IMG/VR virus record: IMGVR_UViG_3300032330_001692
Coordinates: 29,829-93,828 of that record
Length of the DNA: 64,000 bases
Source: a virus
Lineage: Duplodnaviria > Caudoviricetes
Reading direction: 5' to 3' (one strand)
A program made the translations under genes and the position numbers. Positions 34,105-46,185 of the stretch are shown here, in pieces. Numbering within the stretch: position 1 is the stretch's first letter; each line of letters starts with the position of its first letter. The notes below the pieces were generated by a model, which made no database searches, was not told the DNA's origin, and was given only the letters and a program-made list of their open reading frames with translations.

Positions 34105-34470
34105 ATGGCATGGACCGAAGACCAAAAGACCCAAGTAATCGCTGCCTACGAGGCTGCTGGCCCCACCCCTGAGACCTCAACCGAGATCATCAAGGACATT
34201 GCAGAGGAGTTTGAGCAGTCGCCCAACGGTGTGCGTATGGTGCTTGTGCAGGCTGGTGTTTACGTCAAAAAGGATGCCGGTTCTGGCACTGACAAGCCCA
34301 AAGCAGGTGGCAAAGCCACCGGCGACGCTCCAAAGCGTGTGAGCAAGGAAAGTTCAATCGCTGCTCTCAAGACCCTGATCGAGGCTCGTGGCGCTCAAGT
34401 CGACGACGACATTCTAGACAAGCTCACCGGCAAAGCCGCGATCTACTTCGCGCAAGTTCTTTCAGCTTAA
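34105..34470 (+). CDS. T5 D3-like DNA-binding protein
   Basis: PNGVRM-x-L-x2-AGVYVKK, ILDKLTGKAA. Confidence 0.85.
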   Translation: MAWTEDQKTQVIAAYEAAGPTPETSTEIIKDIAEEFEQSPNGVRMVLVQAGVYVKKDAGSGTDKPKAGGKATGDAPKRVSKESSIAALKTLIEARGAQVDDDILDKLTGKAAIYFAQVLSA

Positions 34471-34509
34471 CACTGGCGGCCCTGTGCCGCCTTTTTTCAT
34501 GGAGACTAC

Positions 34510-35127
34510 ATGGCTGCTCGCAAAACTAAAAACGCCGATCTTGAAAAGCTGGATGCAGCTAACCTAGAAAAAGTAATCTCACTCTTAGAACCAGCTGAAG
34601 GCAAGCCTATTTCTAAAAAGGATGCCTGCGCAATGCTTTGCATTGCGTACAACACCACACGCCTGGGCACTTTGATTGAAAAGTACAAAGAAAAGAAAGC
34701 AGCCACCCAAGCCCGACGTGCTGCTCTGCGCGGCAAGCCTGCTACTCAAGCAGAAATTCAGTTCATTATCTCCAGCTACCTAGAAGGTGAAACTGTGTCA
34801 GGGCTTGCAGAGCGCAGCTATCGCAGTGTGGGTTTCATCAATCAAATCCTAGAGCAGCATGCGGTTCCGCTGCGCGCGAAAGCGCATGACTACTTCCGTC
34901 CTGAGCTAATTCCAGAAGCAGCAATGCAAGATCGTTTTAAGCTAGAAGAAGTAGTGTACTCTGCACGTTACGACTCTGTGGCCAAAATCAAGTCAGAGCT
35001 GTTTCAGAATTCGCAGTGGGTGTACTGCGTGTGGCTTATGAGTGATCGCTGGCAGCAGTTTGCTTATCAGGAAGCTGCTGAACTGGCCAGTCTTGAGCAT
35101 CTACGTAAACTGGGGGTAACAATTTGA
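34510..35127 (+). CDS. T5 D2-like protein
   Basis: KKDAC-x-ML, YL-x-GE, YRSV, ELASL-x-HL-x-KLGV. Confidence 0.85.
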   Translation: MAARKTKNADLEKLDAANLEKVISLLEPAEGKPISKKDACAMLCIAYNTTRLGTLIEKYKEKKAATQARRAALRGKPATQAEIQFIISSYLEGETVSGLAERSYRSVGFINQILEQHAVPLRAKAHDYFRPELIPEAAMQDRFKLEEVVYSARYDSVAKIKSELFQNSQWVYCVWLMSDRWQQFAYQEAAELASLEHLRKLGVTI

Positions 35128-35315
35128 CTAGCACTTGGAAACCAGGCGATCCGCCTTCTGAACTAGAACTGCTGCGTGCAGAAGTAAAGCGGCTTCAGCG
35201 TGTGGTAGAAGGTCTGGAAAAACAGCGCAGTGATGAAGGCTGGCGTACCAACCCAGATCGCCAGGGCGGCGGCGGTTGGACACCAGAAGAACTAGATCAG
35301 TACCGTTGGAAGTAA
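35124..35315 (+). CDS. hypothetical protein
   Basis: coupled ORF. Confidence 0.55.
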   Translation: MTSTWKPGDPPSELELLRAEVKRLQRVVEGLEKQRSDEGWRTNPDRQGGGGWTPEELDQYRWK

Positions 35316-35357
35316 AATTCTAACCTGCGCCAAACTCACAAATAAAAGGAGAACAAA

Positions 35358-36622
<1,265 letters not shown>

Positions 36623-36698
36623 CCACAGGATCAAAAAATTGAACTTGTGCGTACACGTCTTTTAAGCTATAATTTATTCTTAAATTGATAAAGCCATT

Positions 36699-37451
36699 AT
36701 GAAGATCGAAATACCAGTCAACTGTCCGTGCTGTGCCTATACCCTTGAGTTGGTCAACGATCAACTGTTTTGTCGCAATACCGCTTGCAGTGCTCAGCTA
36801 AATAAAAAGCTGGAGCATTTCTGTAAAGTGTTGCAGATCAAGGGTTTCGGGCCCAAGACCATTGCCAAGCTCGATCTTCAAGACTTAACTGAACTGTTCT
36901 ATCTAGAGCATGATCAAGTTGTTCAGGCTTTGGGCAGTGAGAAAACAGCCGTAAAACTACTAGACGAGATTGACCGTGCACGAGGCGCTGACTTGGCAAC
37001 TGTGTTGGCCAGTTTCTCAATTCCCTTAGTAGGCGAAACAGCCAGCAACAAGCTGTGTGCAGTAGTCACACACATCTCAGAAATCACAGAAGAAGCCTGC
37101 AAAACAGCAGGCTTAGGATCCAAAGTAACCAGCAATCTACTCGATTGGCTGGCTACGGAGTACCAGGAAATGAAAGAGTTCTTGCCGTTCTCTTTTAAAT
37201 CCAAAAATAAACCAGTCCAAACAGCAACTGGCCCAACAGTGTGTATCACTGGCAAGCTGGCTTCTTTTAAGACTAAAGCCGAAGCTACAACAAAACTAAC
37301 AACAGCTGGCTTTCTGGTAGTCGACTCAGTAACAAAAACTCTAAAATACCTGGTCGACGAACAGGGCAACAACAGCGCAAAGCGCAAAAAAGCAGACGAA
37401 TACGGCGTAACTATTATTACTAATCTAAACGATTTTTTGAAAGATATTTAA
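36699..37451 (+). CDS. NAD-dependent DNA ligase subunit B (Zn finger, HhH, BRCT)
   Basis: CPCC...C, IKGFG, CITG. Confidence 0.92.
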   Translation: MKIEIPVNCPCCAYTLELVNDQLFCRNTACSAQLNKKLEHFCKVLQIKGFGPKTIAKLDLQDLTELFYLEHDQVVQALGSEKTAVKLLDEIDRARGADLATVLASFSIPLVGETASNKLCAVVTHISEITEEACKTAGLGSKVTSNLLDWLATEYQEMKEFLPFSFKSKNKPVQTATGPTVCITGKLASFKTKAEATTKLTTAGFLVVDSVTKTLKYLVDEQGNNSAKRKKADEYGVTIITNLNDFLKDI

Positions 37452-38201
37452 ATGACTGAAAAAGCAAAGAAGTGGTCCGAAGAAGCTATTAACAAGCTAA
37501 CCTCAATTGTTGGCGACGAGTCTCCTGTAAGTGCTGCAACTGTAGAATCAGCTGCCGCCGCTCTGGAATTTAGCGTTCGTTCAGTAGCATCAAAGCTACG
37601 TCAAATGGACTACGAAGTTGCCTCAATGGCCAAGGAAAAGGTTAGCGCATTTACCCCTGATCAAGGTGCTGCACTAGAAGACTTTGTACTAGCCAACGAA
37701 GGTGCTTTCACTTACAAGGAAATTGCCGAACAATTTGAAAATGGCGCATTCAGTGCCAAGCAAATTCAAGGCAAGCTGCTAGCGTTAGAGCTAACTGGTG
37801 CTGTTAAGCCTGCTGAAAAGGTAGAAGCCGCACGTACTTATACCGAAGCAGAAGAAGCTACTTTTGTGAAGATGGTACAAAAGGGCAGTTTCATCGAAGA
37901 CATTGCAGCTGTACTAGGCAAGACTATTGCCTCTGTACGCGGCAAGGCTCTGAGCCTAACTCGCAACGGGCAGATCGACAAGATTCCAGCTCAAAAGGAA
38001 TCACATGCCAACACCGCAGTTGACGTGGTAACCTCACTAGGCGACAAGCTAGTAACCATGACCGTAGCAGAAATCGCCGCTGCTGCCGACAAGACTGAGC
38101 GCGGTATCAAGACCATGCTTACTCGCCGTGGTATCAAGGTAAGCGACTATGACGGCGCTGCCAAGAAGGCCAAGGCAGAAGCCAAGACCCAAGCAGCTTA
38201 A
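37452..38201 (+). CDS. T5 D5-like DNA-binding protein
   Basis: RSVASKLR, KQIQGKLLALE, ERGIKTMLTRRG...DYDGAAKKAK. Confidence 0.92.
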   Translation: MTEKAKKWSEEAINKLTSIVGDESPVSAATVESAAAALEFSVRSVASKLRQMDYEVASMAKEKVSAFTPDQGAALEDFVLANEGAFTYKEIAEQFENGAFSAKQIQGKLLALELTGAVKPAEKVEAARTYTEAEEATFVKMVQKGSFIEDIAAVLGKTIASVRGKALSLTRNGQIDKIPAQKESHANTAVDVVTSLGDKLVTMTVAEIAAAADKTERGIKTMLTRRGIKVSDYDGAAKKAKAEAKTQAA

Positions 38202-38267
38202 TAAGCTGCCTACCAAGGGCACAGAGATCGTAACGGACTCTGTGCCCTTTTGCGCTGAGGAGCTCGA

Positions 38268-38567
38268 ATGAAAGTAACAATTACCTATCGTGACAACGAT
38301 AGTTTTACCGTAGAAGAAGTTGTGCGTCAAGCTGTTCACAACTACGGTAAGTCTGCGCATATAGAAGTTATGCCAGAGTCAACTCAAGCGTACGACCTGA
38401 TCTATTTTGGGCTACAGCAGTTGATGACACACGAACAGCTTGGTTTGATTTACAACAGCGGCGATTCCTATCAGCAAGACCTAAAACGCTTGCGTAGCGA
38501 CATCTTATATAAACTAGAAGAAATAGTTGATCAAGTAATTATTGATACAGAGTCTAAGGTGGCGTAA
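38268..38567 (+). CDS. hypothetical protein
   Basis: gaggag RBS. Confidence 0.7.
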   Translation: MKVTITYRDNDSFTVEEVVRQAVHNYGKSAHIEVMPESTQAYDLIYFGLQQLMTHEQLGLIYNSGDSYQQDLKRLRSDILYKLEEIVDQVIIDTESKVA

Positions 38568-39955
38568 TGGATACTAGTGCTATTGTACTTAACAAGCTGC
38601 TACAAGAGCGTAATCTTGATCTATGGGCCAAGCTCAAGCTTGTGTTCCTAGACCCAGCTTTTTCAAGTCTATATAGCGCAGTTAGCAAGTATTACGATAC
38701 CTACAGTAATATTCCTTCGTTTGATGAACTAGAGTTGACCCTGCGTGAAGGCCCTGCCTTGCGCACACTGGCAACTCTAAAATTAGCAGATAATGATGAT
38801 ATATCTAGTGAGGTAGCCCTAGCTGCTCTTATAGATCAATATACTCAAAATGAAGCAGTGCGGCTGTTGGATAAGTTTATCGACAAGCTGCCTCTATTCG
38901 ACAGCACAGAAGTAAAAGAAAATTTAGCAAGCATTGTTCTGACTCTAGACGAGAAAACTCTCACCACAGAGGGTGTTTACAACATGGCAGACATTATGTT
39001 GTTTCAGAACGCAGAAGAACTGGCTCGCGAGCGCGTACATCTAGGATTCAACAATACTTTTGACGCCACACTAGCTGGTGTTGCCCGTCAAGAGCTGATC
39101 CTAGTAGGCGGCAAACGTGGTAGTGGAAAGTCAATTGTTTCCAGCAATATTCTGGTAAACCAGTACGAAACCGGCAACACTGCTGCGTACTTTACAATTG
39201 AAATGATTGCACAAGAAACTCTGCAACGTAACATGAGTATCTTGGCCAAAGTACCACATCAAAACATCAAGCAAAATAAGTTGCTGGATGACGAACTGCT
39301 ACGCTTAGTACAATGCAGAGCAGAAATGTTCGTAGATTCCCATGACTTAGTTGAGGAATTTAAGCGTACACGAGACAAGTTCAAGTTTGAGCACCGGTTA
39401 GTCAGGGAAAAGAAACTAAAACCAGACAATCAAATGATCATCATTGATGATCGTGCTCTGACCCTAACTAGCTTGGACTTGCACTTAGGCAAAATCAAAT
39501 CGAAGTTTGGAGATAAGTTCACTGTGGCAGTTGTAGACTACATGAACCAGATTGTTGTAGAAGGTTCGAGTCAGTTTGACTGGCAGCCACAGATCATTAT
39601 TTCTAAAAAGCTAAAAGAACTGGCGCGAAAGTACGACATTGTGATGATCTCTCCGTATCAGATTGATGCCACAGGCGAAGCACGCTTTGCCAAAGGCATC
39701 TTGGATGCTGCTGACATTGCCCTGGTAATGGAAGCGCATGACAAAGAAAAGGGCGCTATGACATTTTCAACCACTAAAATTCGTGGCGGCCGAGAAATGA
39801 CATTTACCAGTCCAATTGACTGGGATTCACTGCGAATCAGTCCACAAAGCATCGAACAACCAGAAGCCAAAGAAACCATCAAAAAGCACAAAAAGTCTAA
39901 ACCAGGTTCTGAGCCTGAACCAGATTCAAGTGCTGACTTACCCTGGAACGCATAA
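38567..39955 (+). CDS. DnaB-like replicative helicase (T5 D6-like)
   Basis: GGKRGSGKS, VVDYMNQ, ARFAKGILDAAD. Confidence 0.92.
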   Translation: MDTSAIVLNKLLQERNLDLWAKLKLVFLDPAFSSLYSAVSKYYDTYSNIPSFDELELTLREGPALRTLATLKLADNDDISSEVALAALIDQYTQNEAVRLLDKFIDKLPLFDSTEVKENLASIVLTLDEKTLTTEGVYNMADIMLFQNAEELARERVHLGFNNTFDATLAGVARQELILVGGKRGSGKSIVSSNILVNQYETGNTAAYFTIEMIAQETLQRNMSILAKVPHQNIKQNKLLDDELLRLVQCRAEMFVDSHDLVEEFKRTRDKFKFEHRLVREKKLKPDNQMIIIDDRALTLTSLDLHLGKIKSKFGDKFTVAVVDYMNQIVVEGSSQFDWQPQIIISKKLKELARKYDIVMISPYQIDATGEARFAKGILDAADIALVMEAHDKEKGAMTFSTTKIRGGREMTFTSPIDWDSLRISPQSIEQPEAKETIKKHKKSKPGSEPEPDSSADLPWNA

Positions 39956-39957
39956 GC

Positions 39958-40173
39958 ATGAGTGATTCTATTCCACTAAGACGACTGCTGGCCAAACAGC
40001 ATTCTCACAGAGATTGGGGTCTTTCGTTTGTAACGCTTTATACAGACGACGGCGAACTGCAGTGTCCTGTGTGTGGCTGTGACTTTTTACGTGACTCAGT
40101 AACCATGTTGGACAGAAAAATCACAGTGTTTAATTTAAAAAAGTTGCAGGAAACAGACAGCAATGCGAATTAA
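39958..40173 (+). CDS. hypothetical protein
   Basis: Y-x-DDGELQC. Confidence 0.55.
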   Translation: MSDSIPLRRLLAKQHSHRDWGLSFVTLYTDDGELQCPVCGCDFLRDSVTMLDRKITVFNLKKLQETDSNAN

Positions 40174-40468
40174 TCTTACAGAATTTTTTACAAGCTATAA
40201 TCCAGCTTGGGATAACTACGAAATACATTCTAGAAAAAATACTGATGGTGTGTTACAGTATGCTTCATCTATTTGTTATATAAACAAAGTAGCAGGAACT
40301 ATAAGTATGCCGCATATGCAGCTAACCTCGGAAGAGGCTCAAAACTTGCTGCAGTCATTATGGGATACAGGTATTCGCCCCAAACAAGAGGGCACTTTGG
40401 GACAGCTAGCTGCGGTAAACTATCACCTAGAAGACATGCGTAAACTGGTATTTAACAAAGACAAATAA
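40163..40468 (+). CDS. hypothetical protein
   Basis: AQNL-x2-SLW-x2-GIRP...HLEDMRKLVF. Confidence 0.65.
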   Translation: MRINLTEFFTSYNPAWDNYEIHSRKNTDGVLQYASSICYINKVAGTISMPHMQLTSEEAQNLLQSLWDTGIRPKQEGTLGQLAAVNYHLEDMRKLVFNKDK

Positions 40469-40470
40469 TT

Positions 40471-41331
40471 GTGACCAATCACGTTCTAGACTTAATTAAC
40501 AAGCAAGGATTACGCTACACAGAATCCAGCAAAGATTACGTAATTCAGTGTTTAAATCCCGAACACAAGGATGCCAATCCTAGTTTTCGGGTAGACAAAT
40601 TGACTGGCATGACCCATTGTTTTTCATGTGGGTACAAAGTCAACATCTTCAAGCACTTTGGAGTTGTGGGCAATCACACTTCAATTCAAGTAGCCAAGCT
40701 AAAGCAAAAACTAAAAGACTTGCACATCAACTTCATGGGTGTTGAGTTTCCGCACGAACAGGTGCCTATTACAAAACCATTTCGCGGAATCTCGTTAAAA
40801 ACACTGCGTGAATTTGGAGCTTTCTACACACACGGCTCAGAAGCCTTGCAGGATAGAATTTTCTTTCCAATACGTGATGTTTCAAACCGTGTCATAGTAT
40901 TTGTGGGCCGGCACATGATGAGTCAAGGTAACCCACGATATTTAAACTATCCTCGTGGCGTTACCATGCCTATTTTTCCAGAAGTGTTTAAACAACGGTA
41001 TACCTCAGCTGTGCTGGTAGAAGGCATCTTTGACATGCTGAACTTGTACGACAAGGGTTTAGAGAATGTGTGTTGCACGTTCGGAACAAATACTCTACAC
41101 AAAGATACGGCCATGAAACTGCTGGCTTTAAAATCACAAGGCGTACACAAAATCTACATATGTTATGACGGTGACGACGCAGGCAAGCAAGCAGCTGACA
41201 AGCTGTTGCCTCTCATAGAAGAATGTGGTTTTTCAGCAGAAAAGATCACACTAGAAGACGGCACAGATCCAGGCGACTTGTCACAGGAATATGTAGACAG
41301 CATAAGAGAGTACATAAATGAACCACGATAA
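40471..41331 (+). CDS. DNA primase
   Basis: CHC2 Zn finger, VEGIFD, YDGDDAG, DPG. Confidence 0.93.
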   Translation: MTNHVLDLINKQGLRYTESSKDYVIQCLNPEHKDANPSFRVDKLTGMTHCFSCGYKVNIFKHFGVVGNHTSIQVAKLKQKLKDLHINFMGVEFPHEQVPITKPFRGISLKTLREFGAFYTHGSEALQDRIFFPIRDVSNRVIVFVGRHMMSQGNPRYLNYPRGVTMPIFPEVFKQRYTSAVLVEGIFDMLNLYDKGLENVCCTFGTNTLHKDTAMKLLALKSQGVHKIYICYDGDDAGKQAADKLLPLIEECGFSAEKITLEDGTDPGDLSQEYVDSIREYINEPR

Positions 41332-41587
41332 ACAGCTGGTAGCAGAATTGGCTAAAGCAGAAATGCTCAGACTTTGGACAGACGTCGAAGTCCTAAACAA
41401 GCGCATTGATTATCAGCGCAGGTTGCTGGACACACATTGCCAACATGTTTCAGAGTCAGTACGCTCAAAATATCACCCTGGTGGATATGACCATGTTTCT
41501 GAGATCCACATAACTCACACTTGCGATTTGTGTGGAAAACTGTTAAAATCATATTCAGATCCACATCATAGAGGAACCTATGCGTAA
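41318..41587 (+). CDS. hypothetical protein
   Basis: ORF. Confidence 0.55.
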   Translation: MNHDKQLVAELAKAEMLRLWTDVEVLNKRIDYQRRLLDTHCQHVSESVRSKYHPGGYDHVSEIHITHTCDLCGKLLKSYSDPHHRGTYA

Positions 41588-43871
41588 GATAGCAATTATC
41601 GACAAACAACCAAGCCGAAACGACTACTCACAGTATTTTGACTTTGAGTTTGAGCAGTTCCACATGAGTTCTGTGCCAGTGCCAAAACTGCTCAAAAAAG
41701 ACGTAGACTTAGACATTGACACAGACTTGTATGACCTAGTAATCCTGGTAGGTTCAGAGGCTGCCAAAGAGTATGCTAAGATTTCGTCTGTGACCAACTA
41801 CGCAGGTTTGTTGGTCCGAGACAAGTTTGTGTGCATTTCTAACCCTGCAATGCTTATCTTCAAGCCTGAAGGCAAGCCAGACTTTCAACGTGCAGTAGAC
41901 AAGATCAAAAAGATTGTAGCAGGCACAACCACTAACTCTGCGCAAATCGGAGATTTTCAGGGCATCACAAACAGTGATGAAGCTCTACAATTTCTGATGG
42001 AAGTCTACAACAGTGGCGCTCCGTGGATTGCCTTAGACACAGAAACTACCGCACTTTATCCACGTGATGGTTATGTGCTGGGGCTGAGTATCAGCTACAA
42101 AAAGAAGCACGGCAGATACATCTTAACCGATGTTCTAGACGAGATTCACCTAGACGTCTTGCAAGAGATCCTGAACATCTACCCTGTGATCTTTCACAAC
42201 ATGAAGTTCGACTACAAGATGATTCACTATCATCTAGGCTTGAAATTCAATCGTGACCAAGTACATGATACCATGGTCATGCACTATGTGCTGGACGAGC
42301 TGGACTCACATGGTTTGAAACCTCTGGCTCTCAAGTACACAGACTACGGTGACTACGACTCAGAGCTGGACGAGTTCAAGAAAGCTTACTGCACACGCAC
42401 TGGTTTGAGCAACGACGATTTTACATACGACCTGATTCCATTTGACATCATGTCTAAGTATGCTTCAATCGACACTGCTGTTACCTTGGAGCTATTCGAG
42501 AAATTTTACCCAATCGTACAAGCCAACAAAAAGCTGAAATGGGTATATGACAATCTCTTAGTACGCGGTACCTTGTTCTTGATGGACATGGAAGAAGTAG
42601 GCATTCCAATCTGTTCACAACGCATGTCGGCAGCAGGCAAGTACTTGGACAAGTGGATCATGGAAGCCAAGGAAGAAGTCTATGCTTTTGATGCAGTTAA
42701 AAAGTACGAAGCAGACTCAGGCAAGATATTTAATCCCAACTCAGTTCAGCAGCTACGTACTGTGCTGTTTGACTATGTGGGACTTACACCTACTGGTAAA
42801 CTAACTAAAACAGGTGCGCTGTCAACAGACGCAGAAGTCTTAGAAGAACTCTCAGAGCAACACCCACTGCCTCAAGCGATCCTAAAAGTACGGCAACTGG
42901 GTAAAATCCAAAATACCTATGTTTCAAAAATCTTACCGGAACTAGACAAAGATGGAAGAATTCGTACAAACTTTAATCTTATTTTTACCACATCAGGGCG
43001 TTTATCTTCAAGCGGCAAGTTTAATGCTCAGCAGATTCCGCGTGATGACCCAATTATCAAAGGATGTATTCGTGCTCCCAGTGGATATAAAGTAGTATCG
43101 CAAGATTTGGCAACCGCAGAAATGTATTACGCTGCGGTATTATCAGGTGACAAGAATCTACAAGCTGTATTCTCCAGTGGCGGTGACTTTCACAGCACAA
43201 TTGCAAAGATGGTGTTTGACCTGCCTTGCGCAGTAGAAGACGTTAAAAAGCTGTTTGGCTCAATGCGCCAAAGTGCAAAAGCAATCAGTTTCGGAATTTT
43301 GTATGGATCAGGCCCACAGAAAGTATCGGACACAGTTACCAAAGCAACTGGAGAGTATTACGGCATTGACCGAGCAAAAGACGACATTAAAGCGTACTTT
43401 ACCAAGTTCAAGCGTCTAAAGCAGTGGCTTGACACACGCAAAACGTTCATTGAAACCAACGGATACACCTACAGTTTCTTTGGACGCAAACGCAGACTGC
43501 CCAACGTGTTTTCAGCAGACAAAGGCATTGCAGCTCACGAAGTACGCTCAGGCATCAACGCAGAAGTGCAGAGCTTGGCTTCAGACGTTAACTTGCTCGC
43601 AGCCATGAACACAGCAGATCAAATCGAGCGAGAAGACTTAGATGCCCGAATCTTCATGCTTGTACATGACTCAATTGTTGCCTTAGTACGCGAAGATCAG
43701 GTTGAGCAATACTGTCGATTATTGAAAGCAAACACTCAACGTGATTGGGGCTGCTCAATCCCTGGCGCTCCAATCGGAGTAGACCAAGACATAGGCGACG
43801 ACTACAGTTTTGGGCACTTTGATGAACGCTACCACATCCAAGATGAAATGTTGGTAAAGCAGAATGGCTGA
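41580..43871 (+). CDS. DNA polymerase family A with 3'-5' exonuclease
   Basis: LDTET, HN-x-KFD, TTSGRLSSS, RQSAKAISFGILYG, VHDS. Confidence 0.96.
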   Translation: MRKIAIIDKQPSRNDYSQYFDFEFEQFHMSSVPVPKLLKKDVDLDIDTDLYDLVILVGSEAAKEYAKISSVTNYAGLLVRDKFVCISNPAMLIFKPEGKPDFQRAVDKIKKIVAGTTTNSAQIGDFQGITNSDEALQFLMEVYNSGAPWIALDTETTALYPRDGYVLGLSISYKKKHGRYILTDVLDEIHLDVLQEILNIYPVIFHNMKFDYKMIHYHLGLKFNRDQVHDTMVMHYVLDELDSHGLKPLALKYTDYGDYDSELDEFKKAYCTRTGLSNDDFTYDLIPFDIMSKYASIDTAVTLELFEKFYPIVQANKKLKWVYDNLLVRGTLFLMDMEEVGIPICSQRMSAAGKYLDKWIMEAKEEVYAFDAVKKYEADSGKIFNPNSVQQLRTVLFDYVGLTPTGKLTKTGALSTDAEVLEELSEQHPLPQAILKVRQLGKIQNTYVSKILPELDKDGRIRTNFNLIFTTSGRLSSSGKFNAQQIPRDDPIIKGCIRAPSGYKVVSQDLATAEMYYAAVLSGDKNLQAVFSSGGDFHSTIAKMVFDLPCAVEDVKKLFGSMRQSAKAISFGILYGSGPQKVSDTVTKATGEYYGIDRAKDDIKAYFTKFKRLKQWLDTRKTFIETNGYTYSFFGRKRRLPNVFSADKGIAAHEVRSGINAEVQSLASDVNLLAAMNTADQIEREDLDARIFMLVHDSIVALVREDQVEQYCRLLKANTQRDWGCSIPGAPIGVDQDIGDDYSFGHFDERYHIQDEMLVKQNG

Positions 43872-44403
43872 GCTTGGTTTTGGAAACATTTCGTTTCCGG
43901 TATTTCGTGTAGGTGTCAAAGAACCTCAGCATGATTCAGGCGTAAGCTTCTACTTGCTGGGAGCCGACACCACAGAAACCACAGCAGAGTACAAACTGCT
44001 GGTCATAGACGATAAAAATCGCCCAGAGCCCAGCTTGCCCTTGCGCAGACTGGCTTTAAAAGCCGAAGGTGTTGAGCTGTACAGCTTAACTAAAAGCATA
44101 TTTTTTATCGGTGACTTGATAAAATTAGCTAAAGCCAACACTTGGTTTGTGGACCGTGAAGGCCAGTTTTTTCAGTACAAAAAGTCACAGCGAGTGCCCT
44201 TAGTATTCCGTCGACTAAAATCAGTAACACGATTGCCCAGCGGTGGTGCTCTCATAGAGGTCACAGGGTTTGCCCAACGATTTAAAACCTTGTTCATGCC
44301 AGAACCAGAACAGACCCACGCAGGCCTATTACTAATACAAAAATCAGTGGTCTTGTACGGACTATACGACCAACACTACGATGACACCATACGAGCCGTA
44401 TGA
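43864..44403 (+). CDS. conserved T5-like protein between pol and D10
   Basis: FPVF...IDDK...RRL-x-L; synteny. Confidence 0.75.
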   Translation: MAELGFGNISFPVFRVGVKEPQHDSGVSFYLLGADTTETTAEYKLLVIDDKNRPEPSLPLRRLALKAEGVELYSLTKSIFFIGDLIKLAKANTWFVDREGQFFQYKKSQRVPLVFRRLKSVTRLPSGGALIEVTGFAQRFKTLFMPEPEQTHAGLLLIQKSVVLYGLYDQHYDDTIRAV

Positions 44404-45698
44404 CAGAACCTCAAAAAGTTATCATCAGCAACCGGATTTACTTTAAACCCCCAGACTTGAAAGAACTAGTTAAGTCATTAACTTACCGTATCGAGTCTAA
44501 GTCGGGTCAAAAAGGAAAATTCAAGAACATCGAGATCATAAAAAACTACAAGATACTACCCCAAGGAGTAGTTTCTGTGCCACAGGGCAGACATGACTTG
44601 ATTCCTGAAGACGCTGTGGTAGTAGACAAACGCGTGCTGAATCCAGTTCCGTTTCCTGTACCCAAACTGCCCCTTAGACCGGGACAGCAAGATGTATATG
44701 ATCAAGTCACAGACAGTTGTTTTATCAACGCTTTAGTAGGCTGGGGAAAATCATACACAGCACTACACATTGCACGCAAGCTGGGTCAAAAAACCTTGGT
44801 AGTCACACACACTGCAATGCTGCGCGATCAATGGTGTGATGATGTGCGGGCCTTATACGGCATGGAACCTGGCATAATAGGCTCGGGTCAATTCGACATT
44901 GAAGATCGTGCCATTGTTGTCGGCAACGTACAAACTGTTACTAAGTTGATGCCGCAGTTGTGCAAAGAGTTTGGCACTGTGATCTTAGACGAAGCACATC
45001 ACGTGCCTGCTAACACCTTTGCCAGTGTGATTGACGGCATGTATTCACGGTACAAGATTGCACTATCAGGAACCATGCTGCGCACAGACGGCAAGCACGT
45101 TATCTTCCGCGACTACTTTGGTGACCAAGTCTACCGTCCACCTCAGTCGCATACACTGGATCCTGTAATCAAGATTGTGCCTACTGGCATTCACCTGCCT
45201 ACAGGAGAAGCTTGGGCTAAAAAGATAAATACCTTGTTGTATGATGAAGACTACCAGCAGTTTGTAGCCTCAATGATTCAAACGCAGATACGTAAAGGGC
45301 ATGTGGTATTGGTGGTGGCTAGCAGAGTAGAGTTTTTAACTAAAATAAAGGAACACATCGGTGAAAGTTGCATACTTATTACAGGGGAAACAGACTACGA
45401 TGAACGCAAAGCGCTCATTGCCAGAGTCGAGGCCGGTGAAGCTTTGTGCGTTGCTGGCAGCAAACAAATCTTCTCAGAAGGTATTTCCATAAACTGTTTG
45501 AGTTGCGTAGTGTTACCTGAACCTAGTTCAAATCCCATAACACTGGAACAAATCATCGGACGTGTAATGCGGCTATCGGAAGGCAAACTCGACCCTGTGG
45601 TCTTAGACATGAACTTCAGTAGTCCTGCAGAACGCAAACAAAATACAGCTAGACTAGCATTTTATGCCTCAAAAGGCTGGAAAGTAGAAAAACTATGA
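44400..45698 (+). CDS. SF2 helicase (T5 D10-like)
   Basis: GWGKS, DEAH, LSGT, QIIGRVMR. Confidence 0.92.
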   Translation: MTEPQKVIISNRIYFKPPDLKELVKSLTYRIESKSGQKGKFKNIEIIKNYKILPQGVVSVPQGRHDLIPEDAVVVDKRVLNPVPFPVPKLPLRPGQQDVYDQVTDSCFINALVGWGKSYTALHIARKLGQKTLVVTHTAMLRDQWCDDVRALYGMEPGIIGSGQFDIEDRAIVVGNVQTVTKLMPQLCKEFGTVILDEAHHVPANTFASVIDGMYSRYKIALSGTMLRTDGKHVIFRDYFGDQVYRPPQSHTLDPVIKIVPTGIHLPTGEAWAKKINTLLYDEDYQQFVASMIQTQIRKGHVVLVVASRVEFLTKIKEHIGESCILITGETDYDERKALIARVEAGEALCVAGSKQIFSEGISINCLSCVVLPEPSSNPITLEQIIGRVMRLSEGKLDPVVLDMNFSSPAERKQNTARLAFYASKGWKVEKL

Positions 45699-46024
45699 TG
45701 GAATATTACAACCTAATTAAAAACTTCGCATTCACAGGTGATGTAGGCGTGTGGACCTACTGGATCCCACTCGTACTATGTGCCGTTGGTTATACCATAC
45801 GCACCATAAAACAAATTCAACACATCAAAGCCTACGAACTAGGTGAAAATGTGCGATATGTGCAGGACTTGACTGTGGGCACAGTATTATGGCGTGTAGT
45901 GTTAACCGTGACTCCCATAGTCAACGTGTTGGCGCTCAGCTTTTCACTTGGCTTTGACATGCTGGGCTGGATGTGGAAGTGGATTGAGAACATCCTAGAT
46001 ATTAAACTTGTATCAAAAAAGTAA
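45695..46024 (+). CDS. membrane protein
   Basis: two hydrophobic segments. Confidence 0.6.
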   Translation: MMEYYNLIKNFAFTGDVGVWTYWIPLVLCAVGYTIRTIKQIQHIKAYELGENVRYVQDLTVGTVLWRVVLTVTPIVNVLALSFSLGFDMLGWMWKWIENILDIKLVSKK

Positions 46025-46185
46025 ACTTGACCTTGATCCTTGATTAGTTTATAATATATATTCAGTCAAGGATCATGTTGCGCAAAACCACGCAACACAG
46101 TCTCAACAGTAAAACGTGGGTTGCTGAAATCCACGCTTGCGCACACAGAGCAACAATGATATAATAGTTGCTCAAAAGGGTTTTT

